Position numbers and translations under genes: made by a program. Under the pieces are notes generated by a model. That model saw only the letters and a program-made list of their open reading frames with translations. It searched no databases and was not told the DNA's origin. 64,000 nt of DNA. It comes from Gemmatimonadota bacterium. GTDB taxonomy: Bacteria > Gemmatimonadota > Gemmatimonadetes > Gemmatimonadales > GWC2-71-9. The DNA lies in the NCBI GenBank assembly GCA_039588255.1, contig JBDHAF010000002.1:33688-97687 (forward strand), read 5' to 3'. Positions 1 through 7,988 of the stretch are shown in pieces. Within the stretch, counting starts at the first letter, position 1, and each line of letters opens with the position of its first letter.

Positions 1-324
1 GGGCAGCCGGCGGTACGTGGCATCGCGCGAATTCGGGGGCGGATGTTACCGGTGGTGCACCTCGGGGCGCTCCTGAGGGAGCAGCCTCCGACGGAGAAAG
101 AGACGAGAACGGTCGTGGTGATGCGCTGCGGGACGCGCAGGGTCGCGTTCGAAGTCGATGACGCCGATGCCGTAATTCGTGACACGCCGATTCCGGTCCC
201 GCCGGGAGGAAACTGTCCCTGGGCCGCCGGGGTCGCGCGCCACGACCAAGCGCTCATCCCGATTCTCGACATGGACATGTTGAACGAGCGATTGGGTACG
301 CGTGCCAGTGAGACGACACCGTGA
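1..324 (+). CDS. CheW-like domain protein, 5' end outside the window (stand-alone CheW or the C-terminal P5 domain of CheA)
   Basis: Frame 1 is open from base 1 to the TGA at 322-324. The translated VVVMRCGTRRVAFEVDDADAVIRDTPIPVPP...ALIPILDMDMLNERL fits the CheW fold pattern. There is a GTGA overlap with the next cheW. Confidence 0.75.
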   Translation, partial: GQPAVRGIARIRGRMLPVVHLGALLREQPPTEKETRTVVVMRCGTRRVAFEVDDADAVIRDTPIPVPPGGNCPWAAGVARHDQALIPILDMDMLNERLGTRASETTP

Positions 325-800
325 ATACTCAGGAAGAAGTGCAGTTGGTGACGTTTCGCGTTGGCGGTCATGAATTCGGACTCAACATCTTTGATGTGGA
401 GCGGGTGCTGCGTTACGAGGCGCCCGCACCATTGCCGAAGGCTCCCGATTTCCTCGAGGGTGTCATGGAGTACGGGGAGGCGGCGATCCCGGTTATCGAC
501 CTTCGCAAGAGACTGAGTGTCGAGGCGTCCGTACTCGACGAGACCCGGACGATGATCCTCGAATGGGAGCAGGGAAAGATCGCCGTCGTCGTGGATGCGG
601 TTGTGGAGCTCTTGAAGGCTCCCGTCGACGAGATCACGCCCCCGCCGCCGATCGTACGAGGTCTTGCGGCGGAATACATCACCGGGATCTTCACCCGTGA
701 CGGACGCACCATCGTGATCCTGGCCGCGGCCAGGATCCTCTCATCCACCGAGCGCCTCGCGCTCGAAAAAGTGACGAAGAAGGCGGCCAATGGATCCTGA
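321..800 (+). CDS. cheW: Chemotaxis coupling protein CheW
   Basis: 159 aa. VQLVTFRVGGHEFGLNIFDVERVL...FLEGVMEYGEAAIPVIDLRKRL...IAVVVDAVVELL is a typical full-length CheW pattern. GTG start overlaps the upstream stop. Confidence 0.9.
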   Translation: MNTQEEVQLVTFRVGGHEFGLNIFDVERVLRYEAPAPLPKAPDFLEGVMEYGEAAIPVIDLRKRLSVEASVLDETRTMILEWEQGKIAVVVDAVVELLKAPVDEITPPPPIVRGLAAEYITGIFTRDGRTIVILAAARILSSTERLALEKVTKKAANGS

Positions 801-1650
801 CACCACCGTCGCCCCCCTGAGAGGCCAGTTCAACGCCATCTCGGCGCGCCTCAGACAAACGCCGAGCGGCGCGGAACGGGACGCGGTAAAGCGAGACATC
901 ATCGGACTCTTCAAGCTCGTCGATCAAGCCATTACCGACCTGAGCGCCCTCAAGGAGGACATTCGGGCCCTGGTCGATGAATACAAGGAGCTGGCGGCTA
1001 GCCAGAGCGGCGATCAGGCGCCCCAGTTCACGGGCGCCGTGCCTGTGGTGCACGACCACCTCGGGGCATCGACGTACATCGAGAAGGGCTGGAGCCTGAT
1101 CTCGCTGGGGGATTACCCCGCAGCGATCCAAGCGCTCGAACGGGCGCTGGTGCTGTCCCCTGAGGATCCCCAGGCCCAGTCGCAGTTGGGCTGGGCCCAG
1201 ATGCTCCACGGCGACTACGACGATGCTTTGGGCACGTTCCAGCAGGTGCTGATGAAAGAGCCGGCAAACTCCCTGGCGCGGATCAACGTCGGCTACATCT
1301 GCCTGAAGAAGCGCATTTTCGGGGAGGCGATCGAACATCTGTCCAAGGCGATCCGCCTCGACAACGACAAGAAGGCAACGCTGTACGCGCACTACTATCT
1401 CGGCCTCGTCTACTTCGAGCGCGAGATGTACGAGGATGCGCAGAACTTCTTCCAGAAGACTTTGGCGTTGGGGCCGAACCTGATCGAAGCGTACTACGAG
1501 TTGGGGCGGGCCCAGTGGTACGCCGAGGATCGGGATGCAGCCCGCGAAACCTGGGCGCAGGGTCATAAGGCGAACAAGCTCACCACGTGGGGCAAGCGAT
1601 GTAAGGAAGCCTTCGACCGGGTCGAACGGGGAGAGGAGCCACTCCAGTAG
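790..1650 (+). CDS. TPR repeat protein, probably part of the che operon
   Basis: 286 aa. Repeated 34-residue A/Y/L-rich helical units (GDYPAAIQALERAL, GDYDDALGTFQQVL, FGEAIEHLSKAI, YEDAQNFFQKTL). 11-nt overlap with cheW. Confidence 0.7.
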   Translation: MDPDTTVAPLRGQFNAISARLRQTPSGAERDAVKRDIIGLFKLVDQAITDLSALKEDIRALVDEYKELAASQSGDQAPQFTGAVPVVHDHLGASTYIEKGWSLISLGDYPAAIQALERALVLSPEDPQAQSQLGWAQMLHGDYDDALGTFQQVLMKEPANSLARINVGYICLKKRIFGEAIEHLSKAIRLDNDKKATLYAHYYLGLVYFEREMYEDAQNFFQKTLALGPNLIEAYYELGRAQWYAEDRDAARETWAQGHKANKLTTWGKRCKEAFDRVERGEEPLQ

Positions 1651-1670
1651 TACTCCCGCTGGTTCTCGCC

Positions 1671-2510
1671 GTGCTGGCGTTCCAGGGACCGGAGCTGGTC
1701 CGCGTGGGACGCGTCACCGTGGTGTATTGGCCGGAGACGGAGCTGACCGCGATTGCTCTGGCCGAGCGATCCGATCCGGCCGGCCGGTGGCCGGGGTTGG
1801 AAGATCCTCAGGATTTCCCGTTTCGTCTGGTGGTGACCCCGAACCAGCACGTCTTCGATTCCGTCACGGCGGGCCGGGTCCCTGGATGGGGCGCGGGCGC
1901 CACGTTTCCGGCAACCAACACCATCGTCCTCGTCCACGGTGGCAACATCGAGCAGGTGTGGCGACACGAGATGGCCCACCTGACGGTGCGAAACGCCGTC
2001 GGGCGCGTGCCCCTGTGGTTTGACGAGGGGTATGCCAGCAGGGCTGCCGGAGAGTGGAGTCGCCTCGAGGCCCTGCGGGTCAATTGGTCCATGGTGCGGG
2101 GGGAGGTTCCGAGCCTGATTCGGTTGAACCGGCAGCTCCGGAGCGGTGCGGCCAGCGCCCGGGCGAGCTATGCTTTGGCCACCACGGCAGTCTTGTTCCT
2201 GGAGCGCCTCGGCCAGGAGCGGGGGTTGAGCCCCCTCATGCAGGCGCTGGCCGAGACCTCAGATTTGGACCGGGCGTTGCGCCGGACGTACGGCCTCACC
2301 CTCGATCAGTTCGAGGGCCACTGGCGGGAAGAGCTCCGGAAGCGTTATGGATGGCTGCTTCTCGCAACCTCCTTCTCCGTGTTTTGGAGCGTTGTGGCCG
2401 TCGTGCTGTTGGGTTTGTGGGCCCGCCGTCGCCGGCGCGATCGGCTCCGGCGGGCTCGGCTGGATGAGGGATGGGTTGTGCTGGACGGGGGTGACTTCCC
2501 AACTTCTTGA
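1671..2510 (+). CDS. Membrane-anchored peptidase-MA-like protein (HExxH)
   Basis: 279 aa. HEMAH motif followed by WFDEGYA (a third zinc ligand-like Glu) and a C-terminal TM helix LLLATSFSVFWSVVAVVLLGLW. GTG 1671 is the first canonical start after the frame opens at 1605. Confidence 0.55.
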   Translation: MLAFQGPELVRVGRVTVVYWPETELTAIALAERSDPAGRWPGLEDPQDFPFRLVVTPNQHVFDSVTAGRVPGWGAGATFPATNTIVLVHGGNIEQVWRHEMAHLTVRNAVGRVPLWFDEGYASRAAGEWSRLEALRVNWSMVRGEVPSLIRLNRQLRSGAASARASYALATTAVLFLERLGQERGLSPLMQALAETSDLDRALRRTYGLTLDQFEGHWREELRKRYGWLLLATSFSVFWSVVAVVLLGLWARRRRRDRLRRARLDEGWVVLDGGDFPTS

Positions 2511-2544
2511 CCGGGAGGTCCGTACCAATTAATGTCACCCACCT

Positions 2545-2730
2545 ATGTCTGAGAAGGCAGCTTCCCCCGCCCGATTGCAGTTCCGCCCCATCAACGGGAT
2601 TCTGCTCGGTGGGGCGCTGATAGCGCTGGCTGTCGGGTACATGCTTCTGGCCAGAGGGTCAACCACGGTTGCCCCGGCGCTGCTGGTGGTGGGATACTGT
2701 ATCTTGTTTCCGCTGGGCTTGGCGCTCTGA
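2545..2730 (+). CDS. Small two-helix membrane protein, unknown function
   Basis: 61 aa with two hydrophobic helices. Third-position G/C bias is consistent with coding. No family recognised with certainty. Confidence 0.45.
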   Translation: MSEKAASPARLQFRPINGILLGGALIALAVGYMLLARGSTTVAPALLVVGYCILFPLGLAL

Positions 2731-2740
2731 GGAGAATCGA

Positions 2741-2815
2741 GGGCGAATAGCTCAGTTGGTTTAGAGCGCCTGCCTTACAAGCAGGAAGTCGGGGGTTCGA
2801 ATCCCTCTTCGCCCA
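2741..2815 (+). tRNA. tRNA-Val (anticodon TAC)
   Basis: Cloverleaf folded by hand: acceptor GGGCGAA/TTCGCCC, D stem GCTC/GAGC, anticodon stem CCTGC/GCAGG with loop CTTACAA, T arm GGGGG-TTCGAAT-CCCTC, discriminator A. No encoded CCA. Confidence 0.95.
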
Positions 2816-2895
2816 TCGGGGTACTAAGTATTAAGAAGTGAATAAGGAACAGGCAGCGGATTTTCGGGGATTCTTCGCCGGAAGCCGCGTCTCAG

Positions 2896-4662
2896 ATGGA
2901 GGTCGTATCGGTGCGCAATTTTCGTTTGTTTTTGGGATATGCTTCCTTAATATCGGCGGTCTCGCTGGGGTTGCTGGCGGCACCTGGGGCGGCCGAGGCC
3001 CAGCGCACGCGGGTGCTGGAGCGGTTCCTCGTCCTGCCTCCCCATCCGGTGGACCACGCTGATTCGATCTACGTGCTCGAGTTGGCGTATGAAATCCGGG
3101 CGCGCCTCGAGGGCCGGTTCCGCACGCAGGTCACCATCGTCACGACGGAGCAGTACTGCGAGGCCCTTGATGCCTCGGGCTTCGACTGCTCGTTCCTCCC
3201 GGACGAGAACTCGGCCCTCCAGTTGGCCAACTTCCTGCGGGCCGACAGCTACACTACCAGCGAGTTCCGCAGAAATTCCGAGCCCAGGCTGACCCTCCGG
3301 CTGGTGGACATCGGCCGGTCCGGCATCGCGGGCTGGGTGACGGTGATTGGTGAAACCGGCCAGGGCGCCGACGATTTCGCCAAGGCCGTGGCGGACTCGA
3401 TTCGTCAGCAGGTGCGGGTCTCCGAAAATGCCCGCAATTGTTCGGAGCGCCGGGACCGATCCGACTTCCGGGGCGGCCGGGAGCGGGCCGAGCGGGTGTT
3501 CCGGGAGTACCCGAACCATCCGACCGCGGCCATGTGCGTGGCGGACATCTTCGCCGCCACCGACCAGCCGCCTGACAGCCTGATCTGGGCGTACACGAAG
3601 GTCACGACGGGCGATCCCCTGTTGGAGCGGGCGTGGCAGCGACTGGCCGAGGCCCACTTCGCGAAGGGCGACACGCTCGGGGCCATCGAATCGTCGGAGA
3701 TGCGCCTTTCCGCCGTTCCCGAGGACATGGATCAGCGCCTGAGCGTGATTCAGATGTGGCAGCTCCAGCGAGAGTACGATCGGGCACTGGTCCTGGTGGA
3801 GGAGGGATTAGAGCAGCAGCCGGGGCACCCGACTCTTGTGCGCCAGCGGGCCCGGCTGTGCTTTGACGGCCAGCACTGGGCGTGTGCGGTGGAGGCGTTC
3901 GCCGATTGGTACGAGTCCGAGCCGGGCTTGGCCAGTGACTCCGGGTTCTTCATTCAGGTGTTGGGCGCCGCGGAGTTCGCCGACGACAGCACGGCACGGT
4001 TGCAGTGGACGGAGGAGGCGGTCGAGCAGTTCCCCACTTCCTTGCGGTTCTGGAGACAGCGGGCAGGAATACTGAGCACGGCTACCGCGGACACGATGGC
4101 CACTCTGGAGGCCTACCGGCAGGTAATGGATCTGGCCCCGGAGGACTTCCTGGCCAAGCTGGCCTACGCGAGCACGTTGGTGGGTACGGTCGTCATCGAC
4201 ACCGCCGTGGCCCTGGATACCGCAACCTTGTTCCGAGCCGACTCGATCATGACCGTGGTGCGGGATATGGCGGGAGATGATCCGGGTGCCCAACGGATGA
4301 TGGCGCCGTTCTACTACACGCCGGGAGCCGCGATCGCTCAGGCGAGAACGGACCCCGCCCTCGCCATGGCGTGGCTGGAGAAGGCCATCGAGTACGACGT
4401 CACCGGACAGATTACGGTCCCGGCCAGTTTCTTCTACGGCTTGGCGGCCTTCTTTTACCTACAGCCGCTCTATGCTGAAGTCGCGGCATCCGAATCGTGT
4501 GAAGGAGCCCAGGAGTTCGACGTCATGGCCAAGCTCGCCGTGGAGCGGATGACGGCGGGGGCGAGTGTCTCGCAGCAATTCGCCGATCAGCTGCTCCCGA
4601 GTCTCGATCGGATCTCGGCCGCTGCGGAGCAGATGATTGCGGTGTTCTGCTCGTCGAGGTAG
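2896..4662 (+). CDS. Secreted protein with an N-terminal alpha/beta region and C-terminal TPR-like helical repeats, unknown function
   Basis: 588 aa. Signal peptide LISAVSLGLLAAPGAAEA-Q. The C-terminal two thirds are Ala/Leu/Glu-rich repeated helices. AT-rich upstream region. Confidence 0.6.
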   Translation: MEVVSVRNFRLFLGYASLISAVSLGLLAAPGAAEAQRTRVLERFLVLPPHPVDHADSIYVLELAYEIRARLEGRFRTQVTIVTTEQYCEALDASGFDCSFLPDENSALQLANFLRADSYTTSEFRRNSEPRLTLRLVDIGRSGIAGWVTVIGETGQGADDFAKAVADSIRQQVRVSENARNCSERRDRSDFRGGRERAERVFREYPNHPTAAMCVADIFAATDQPPDSLIWAYTKVTTGDPLLERAWQRLAEAHFAKGDTLGAIESSEMRLSAVPEDMDQRLSVIQMWQLQREYDRALVLVEEGLEQQPGHPTLVRQRARLCFDGQHWACAVEAFADWYESEPGLASDSGFFIQVLGAAEFADDSTARLQWTEEAVEQFPTSLRFWRQRAGILSTATADTMATLEAYRQVMDLAPEDFLAKLAYASTLVGTVVIDTAVALDTATLFRADSIMTVVRDMAGDDPGAQRMMAPFYYTPGAAIAQARTDPALAMAWLEKAIEYDVTGQITVPASFFYGLAAFFYLQPLYAEVAASESCEGAQEFDVMAKLAVERMTAGASVSQQFADQLLPSLDRISAAAEQMIAVFCSSR

Positions 4663-4726
4663 GAGTCGGCGACCGGGCTTGAATTACGAATGCGGGGGTG
4701 ACTACATTGAGGCCCCGAATGAGATA

Positions 4727-4801
4727 GGGGCTGTAGCTCAGTTTGGTTAGAGTGCCGGTCTGTCACACCGGAGGTCGCGAGTTCAAGTCTCGTCAGCCCC
4801 G
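4727..4801 (+). tRNA. tRNA-Asp (anticodon GTC)
   Basis: Cloverleaf folded by hand: acceptor GGGGCTG/CAGCCCC, anticodon stem CCGGT/ACCGG with loop CTGTCAC, T arm GCGAG-TTCAAGT-CTCGT, discriminator G. Confidence 0.95.
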
Positions 4802-4817
4802 TTGACGTTGGAAAATC

Positions 4818-4858
4818 AAAGCCCCGCTTGATTCCCAGGCGGGGCTTTCCTTTTATTC
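4818..4858 (+). terminator. Rho-independent terminator downstream of tRNA-Asp
   Basis: Perfect 10-bp stem AAAGCCCCGC (4818-4827) / GCGGGGCTTT (4839-4848), an 11-nt loop, then CCTTTTATT. Confidence 0.8.
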
Positions 4859-4872
4859 TCACCGTGACGGTG

Positions 4873-5787
4873 ATGACCTACCACGATCCGGTGCTCGCCA
4901 ATGAGGTCGCGCGCCTCGCTGTGGGGCGGTCCCGCGGCGTGGACTGCACCGCCGGCGGTGGGGGCCACACGGCGATCTTCCTCGGCGCGGGCCTCGGCGT
5001 CCTCGCCATAGACCGAGATCCCGAGGCGGTTGCGGTGCTTCGCCAGCGGTTTGCGCCCTCCGAGGTGACCGTGCTCGAGGGTCGATTCGCCGACGCGCAC
5101 GTCCTCGGGGAGATCGGGCGGTTTGCGCCCGATCTCGTGCTCCTCGACCTCGGTGTCTCGTCCCATCAGATCGACAGTGAGTCCCGGGGGTTCTCGTTCC
5201 GGCCCGGTGTGCCGCTCGACATGCGGATGACTTCAGGCGCCGGAGCGACGGCGGCGGAGTTGCTCGCCTCTGCCCCGGAAGCCGACCTAGCCCGCCTGTT
5301 CAAGGAGTACGGTGACGAGCCCCGGGCGAGGCGGTTGGCCCGGGAAATTGCGCGACGCCGGACTCGGGCCTCCCTCACAACGAGTGACGATCTGGTCAAC
5401 GCCATCCGCGCGGTGCTAGGCGGCCGCAGCGGTCCCTCGGATTTCGCCCGGCTGTTCCAGGCCGTGCGGATTGCCGTCAACGACGAGTTGTCGCAACTCG
5501 ACGAGGCGCTCGCCTCCATCCGAGATGCCCTGATGCCCGGAGGTCACCTGGCCGTCATCGCGTATCACTCCGGCGAGGACCGGATGGCGAAGCACGGGTT
5601 TCGAGAGTGGGCCCGGGAGTGCGTGTGCCCACCCGGCCAACCGGTGTGCACATGCCGTGGACGGGCACTCGGCAACGTGGAGACCAAGCGGGCCGTGCGT
5701 CCGGGACCCGAAGAGATTGCGCAAAACCCACGGGCTCGCAGCGCGAAGCTGCGAGTGTTCCGGAAGGCCGATGAAGCTCAGGGGTAG
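4873..5787 (+). CDS. rsmH: 16S rRNA (cytosine1402-N4)-methyltransferase RsmH (MraW)
   Basis: YHDPVLANEV N-terminus, GGGGH SAM motif, HQIDSESRGFSF, and C-terminal RARSAKLRVF. The ORF-track start at 4828 lies inside the terminator hairpin, so ATG 4873 (or GTG 4864) is preferred. Confidence 0.93.
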   Translation: MTYHDPVLANEVARLAVGRSRGVDCTAGGGGHTAIFLGAGLGVLAIDRDPEAVAVLRQRFAPSEVTVLEGRFADAHVLGEIGRFAPDLVLLDLGVSSHQIDSESRGFSFRPGVPLDMRMTSGAGATAAELLASAPEADLARLFKEYGDEPRARRLAREIARRRTRASLTTSDDLVNAIRAVLGGRSGPSDFARLFQAVRIAVNDELSQLDEALASIRDALMPGGHLAVIAYHSGEDRMAKHGFREWARECVCPPGQPVCTCRGRALGNVETKRAVRPGPEEIAQNPRARSAKLRVFRKADEAQG

Positions 5788-6058
5788 GGGCTGGGTGGCC
5801 GTCTGGCTGCTGCTTCTCCTGGGCGTATTGACCTGGGTCGTGGCGCGTCAAACCGCTTCCCACCTCGCCGCGACGGACTTGCGGGATACACAGGAGCTGC
5901 GCTCATCGCTCGAAGCGCAGCGGGCGGAGCTGCTTCGCCGCATCACCGAGGCGGGAAGCAGGGCCGTTCTCGTTCCGCGGGCCGAGTCGCTGGGGCTTCG
6001 CTTGCCTGCGGACAGTGAGATGGTCATCCTGCAGGTGCCAACTCGGGAGGGACGCTGA
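5771..6058 (+). CDS. ftsL: Cell division protein FtsL-like (bitopic, coiled coil)
   Basis: 95 aa from ATG 5771. One TM helix (WVAVWLLLLLGVLTWVV) then a coiled-coil segment. Sits in the canonical position between rsmH and ftsI. Confidence 0.7.
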   Translation: MKLRGRGWVAVWLLLLLGVLTWVVARQTASHLAATDLRDTQELRSSLEAQRAELLRRITEAGSRAVLVPRAESLGLRLPADSEMVILQVPTREGR

Positions 6059-6059
6059 C

Positions 6060-7988
6060 ATGCCGAAGGCGGTGGTTCGTTTGCAGGCGGTGCGGGTGGG
6101 ATTCGGTGTTGCCGCCGCTGTGCTCTTGATTCGGGCGGTCCAAGTCCAGCTCGTCGAGGGGGCCGCCTACCTGGACACGGCACAAGCTCAGCGGACCGAG
6201 CGTGTCGAGTTGCCCGCAACGCGCGGAGGCATCTTCGACCAGAACGGGGTGCCGTTGGCCCTGACCCAGGAGATGTTTCGGGTTGGGGTTGCCCCCGGCG
6301 AGCTGCGAGATACGAGTGCGGCCATCGAGGCCATTGCCCAGCACCTCGGCCTGTCGAGCCGGTTTGTCCGACAGCAGCTTCGCCTCCCCTACGCGTACTT
6401 CCACGGTCCGTTCAGCTCGAGCCAGATTGCGCCGCTCCGGGAGATTCGCGGGGTGCACCTCGAATCCGAACTGACCAGATTCTACCCGAACCCCGATTTC
6501 GCCCGGTCAGTGCTGGGACGGCCGGAAGCCCCTGGACGACCGGCCAGCGGGATCGAACGGGTCCTCGACACGCTGCTGGTCGGTCGGCCCGGGAGCGCCG
6601 TCGTGTTGCGGGACCAGTTCGGGCGGCGGTACCAGTCGCCCTCGCGGCTCGACGCGTTTCCCGTACCGGGCCACGACTTATTCCTCACCATCGACGCCGA
6701 GCTCCAGGACATAGTGGAGCGGAGCCTGGCGGAGGCCATCGACCGTCTCGAGGCAACCGCCGGCGAGGTGGTGATCATGGATCCGCAGACCGGTGAATTG
6801 CTCGCCGTGGCGTCGCGGCGGGCGGACGGCGCCGAGCCCCCAAGCGTGTTCACCTCGGTGTTTGAACCGGGGTCCACGGCAAAGCTGTTCGCGGCGGCGG
6901 CGCTCCTCGAGCACGAGCTGGTTGGACCCGACGACACGGTCTGGGGCGAACAGGGGGAGTACCGCCTCGGCGGTAGGGTGATCGAGGACGAAACGCCGGA
7001 GGGCTGGATGACCTTGGGGGACGTCATCCGCCGGTCCAGCAACATCGGCATCGTCAAATTCGCGTCCCGCCTGACGCCGGAACAGCACTTCATGGCACTG
7101 CGGGACTTTGGACTCGGCACGCCCGCCGGCATCGAGCTGCCGGGTGAGTCCAGCGGCATCCTCGCCAAGCCAGCGCAGTGGACCAGGTGGAGTGGAGCGA
7201 GCCTGTCGTACGGATACGAGCTGGCCGTCACCATGTTGCAGTTGGCGTGCGCCTACTCGGCGATCGCGAACGACGGGATCCTCATGCAGCCGGCGCTGGT
7301 GCGGAGCGTGCAGGCGCCGGATGGCTCCGAGGTGTACCGCCACCGCCCCGCGCCGGTACGTCGTGTGATGAGCGCCGCCGTCGCCGCGGAGCTCCGATTG
7401 ATGCTCCGCGGTGTCGTGGATGTGGACGGCACCGGATCCACGGCCGCCCTGGTGAACTATGAAGTGGCCGGAAAGACGGGCTCTGCCCGTCGGGCGGGGC
7501 CGGGGGGCTATATCCCCGGGTCCACCACCGCGAGCTTCGCGTCGATGTTTCCAGCGGATGAGCCCCAACTCGTGATGGTGGTGAAGCTCGACGACCCCGA
7601 GGGGGGATTCGCGCGAACGAGTGCGGCACCGCTGACCCGGACGGTCCTCGAGCAGGTGCTGGCGGCGCATACCAGCGCGCTAGACCCCGGAAGGATGGAG
7701 GGAGTGGCGGCCAGCGCGCGTCCACGCCCCGCGCTGGAAGATGGCGTGGTTCCCTACGTGGTCACTTGGCCGATCGAGGCACGGCCGGACGTCCAGGTGG
7801 ATCGTCGAGTTCCCGACGTTGTCGGCCTTTCCATCCGCCAAGCGGCGCGCCGGTTGCACCAGTTGGGATTGCGGGCCCGAGTCGAGGGCCGAGGCCGGAT
7901 AGCGTCGGTGGTTCCAGCTCCGGGCACGCCGGTCGCCGAGGGCGATCTCATCACCATCGTCGGTGGGGACGGAGATACCCGACGGTGA
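6060..7988 (+). CDS. ftsI: Peptidoglycan D,D-transpeptidase FtsI (class B PBP) with a C-terminal PASTA domain
   Basis: N-terminal TM, PBP dimerisation region, STAK (SxxK), SSN (SxN) and KTGS (KTG) motifs. The last ~59 aa, VPDVVGLSIRQAARRLHQLGLRARVEG...GDLITIV, match the PASTA pattern. Confidence 0.92.
   Translation: MPKAVVRLQAVRVGFGVAAAVLLIRAVQVQLVEGAAYLDTAQAQRTERVELPATRGGIFDQNGVPLALTQEMFRVGVAPGELRDTSAAIEAIAQHLGLSSRFVRQQLRLPYAYFHGPFSSSQIAPLREIRGVHLESELTRFYPNPDFARSVLGRPEAPGRPASGIERVLDTLLVGRPGSAVVLRDQFGRRYQSPSRLDAFPVPGHDLFLTIDAELQDIVERSLAEAIDRLEATAGEVVIMDPQTGELLAVASRRADGAEPPSVFTSVFEPGSTAKLFAAAALLEHELVGPDDTVWGEQGEYRLGGRVIEDETPEGWMTLGDVIRRSSNIGIVKFASRLTPEQHFMALRDFGLGTPAGIELPGESSGILAKPAQWTRWSGASLSYGYELAVTMLQLACAYSAIANDGILMQPALVRSVQAPDGSEVYRHRPAPVRRVMSAAVAAELRLMLRGVVDVDGTGSTAALVNYEVAGKTGSARRAGPGGYIPGSTTASFASMFPADEPQLVMVVKLDDPEGGFARTSAAPLTRTVLEQVLAAHTSALDPGRMEGVAASARPRPALEDGVVPYVVTWPIEARPDVQVDRRVPDVVGLSIRQAARRLHQLGLRARVEGRGRIASVVPAPGTPVAEGDLITIVGGDGDTRR

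Noticed and set aside
2741-4801. Segment bracketed by tRNA-Val and tRNA-Asp as a possible integrated island
   Set aside because: It holds a single secreted TPR-like gene with native-looking codon bias. I saw no integrase, no duplicated tRNA 3' end acting as an att repeat, and no compositional break apart from a short AT-rich promoter-like stretch.
4663-4872. A cryptic or degraded mraZ upstream of rsmH
   Set aside because: The interval is fully occupied by tRNA-Asp and its terminator. No frame there gives an MraZ-like (SpoVT/AbrB repeat) translation.
7766-7984. N-terminal extensions in ORF-track entries (for example murE from 7766, murD from 11105, murG from 14089, murC from 15386, deoB from 29765, MCM from 39265, HPr from 51493, ptsI from 52473)
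   Set aside because: The extended parts overlap the preceding, well-supported gene in another frame and translate to Arg/Gly/Pro-rich junk. In each case a start codon overlapping or abutting the upstream stop restores a normal N-terminus.
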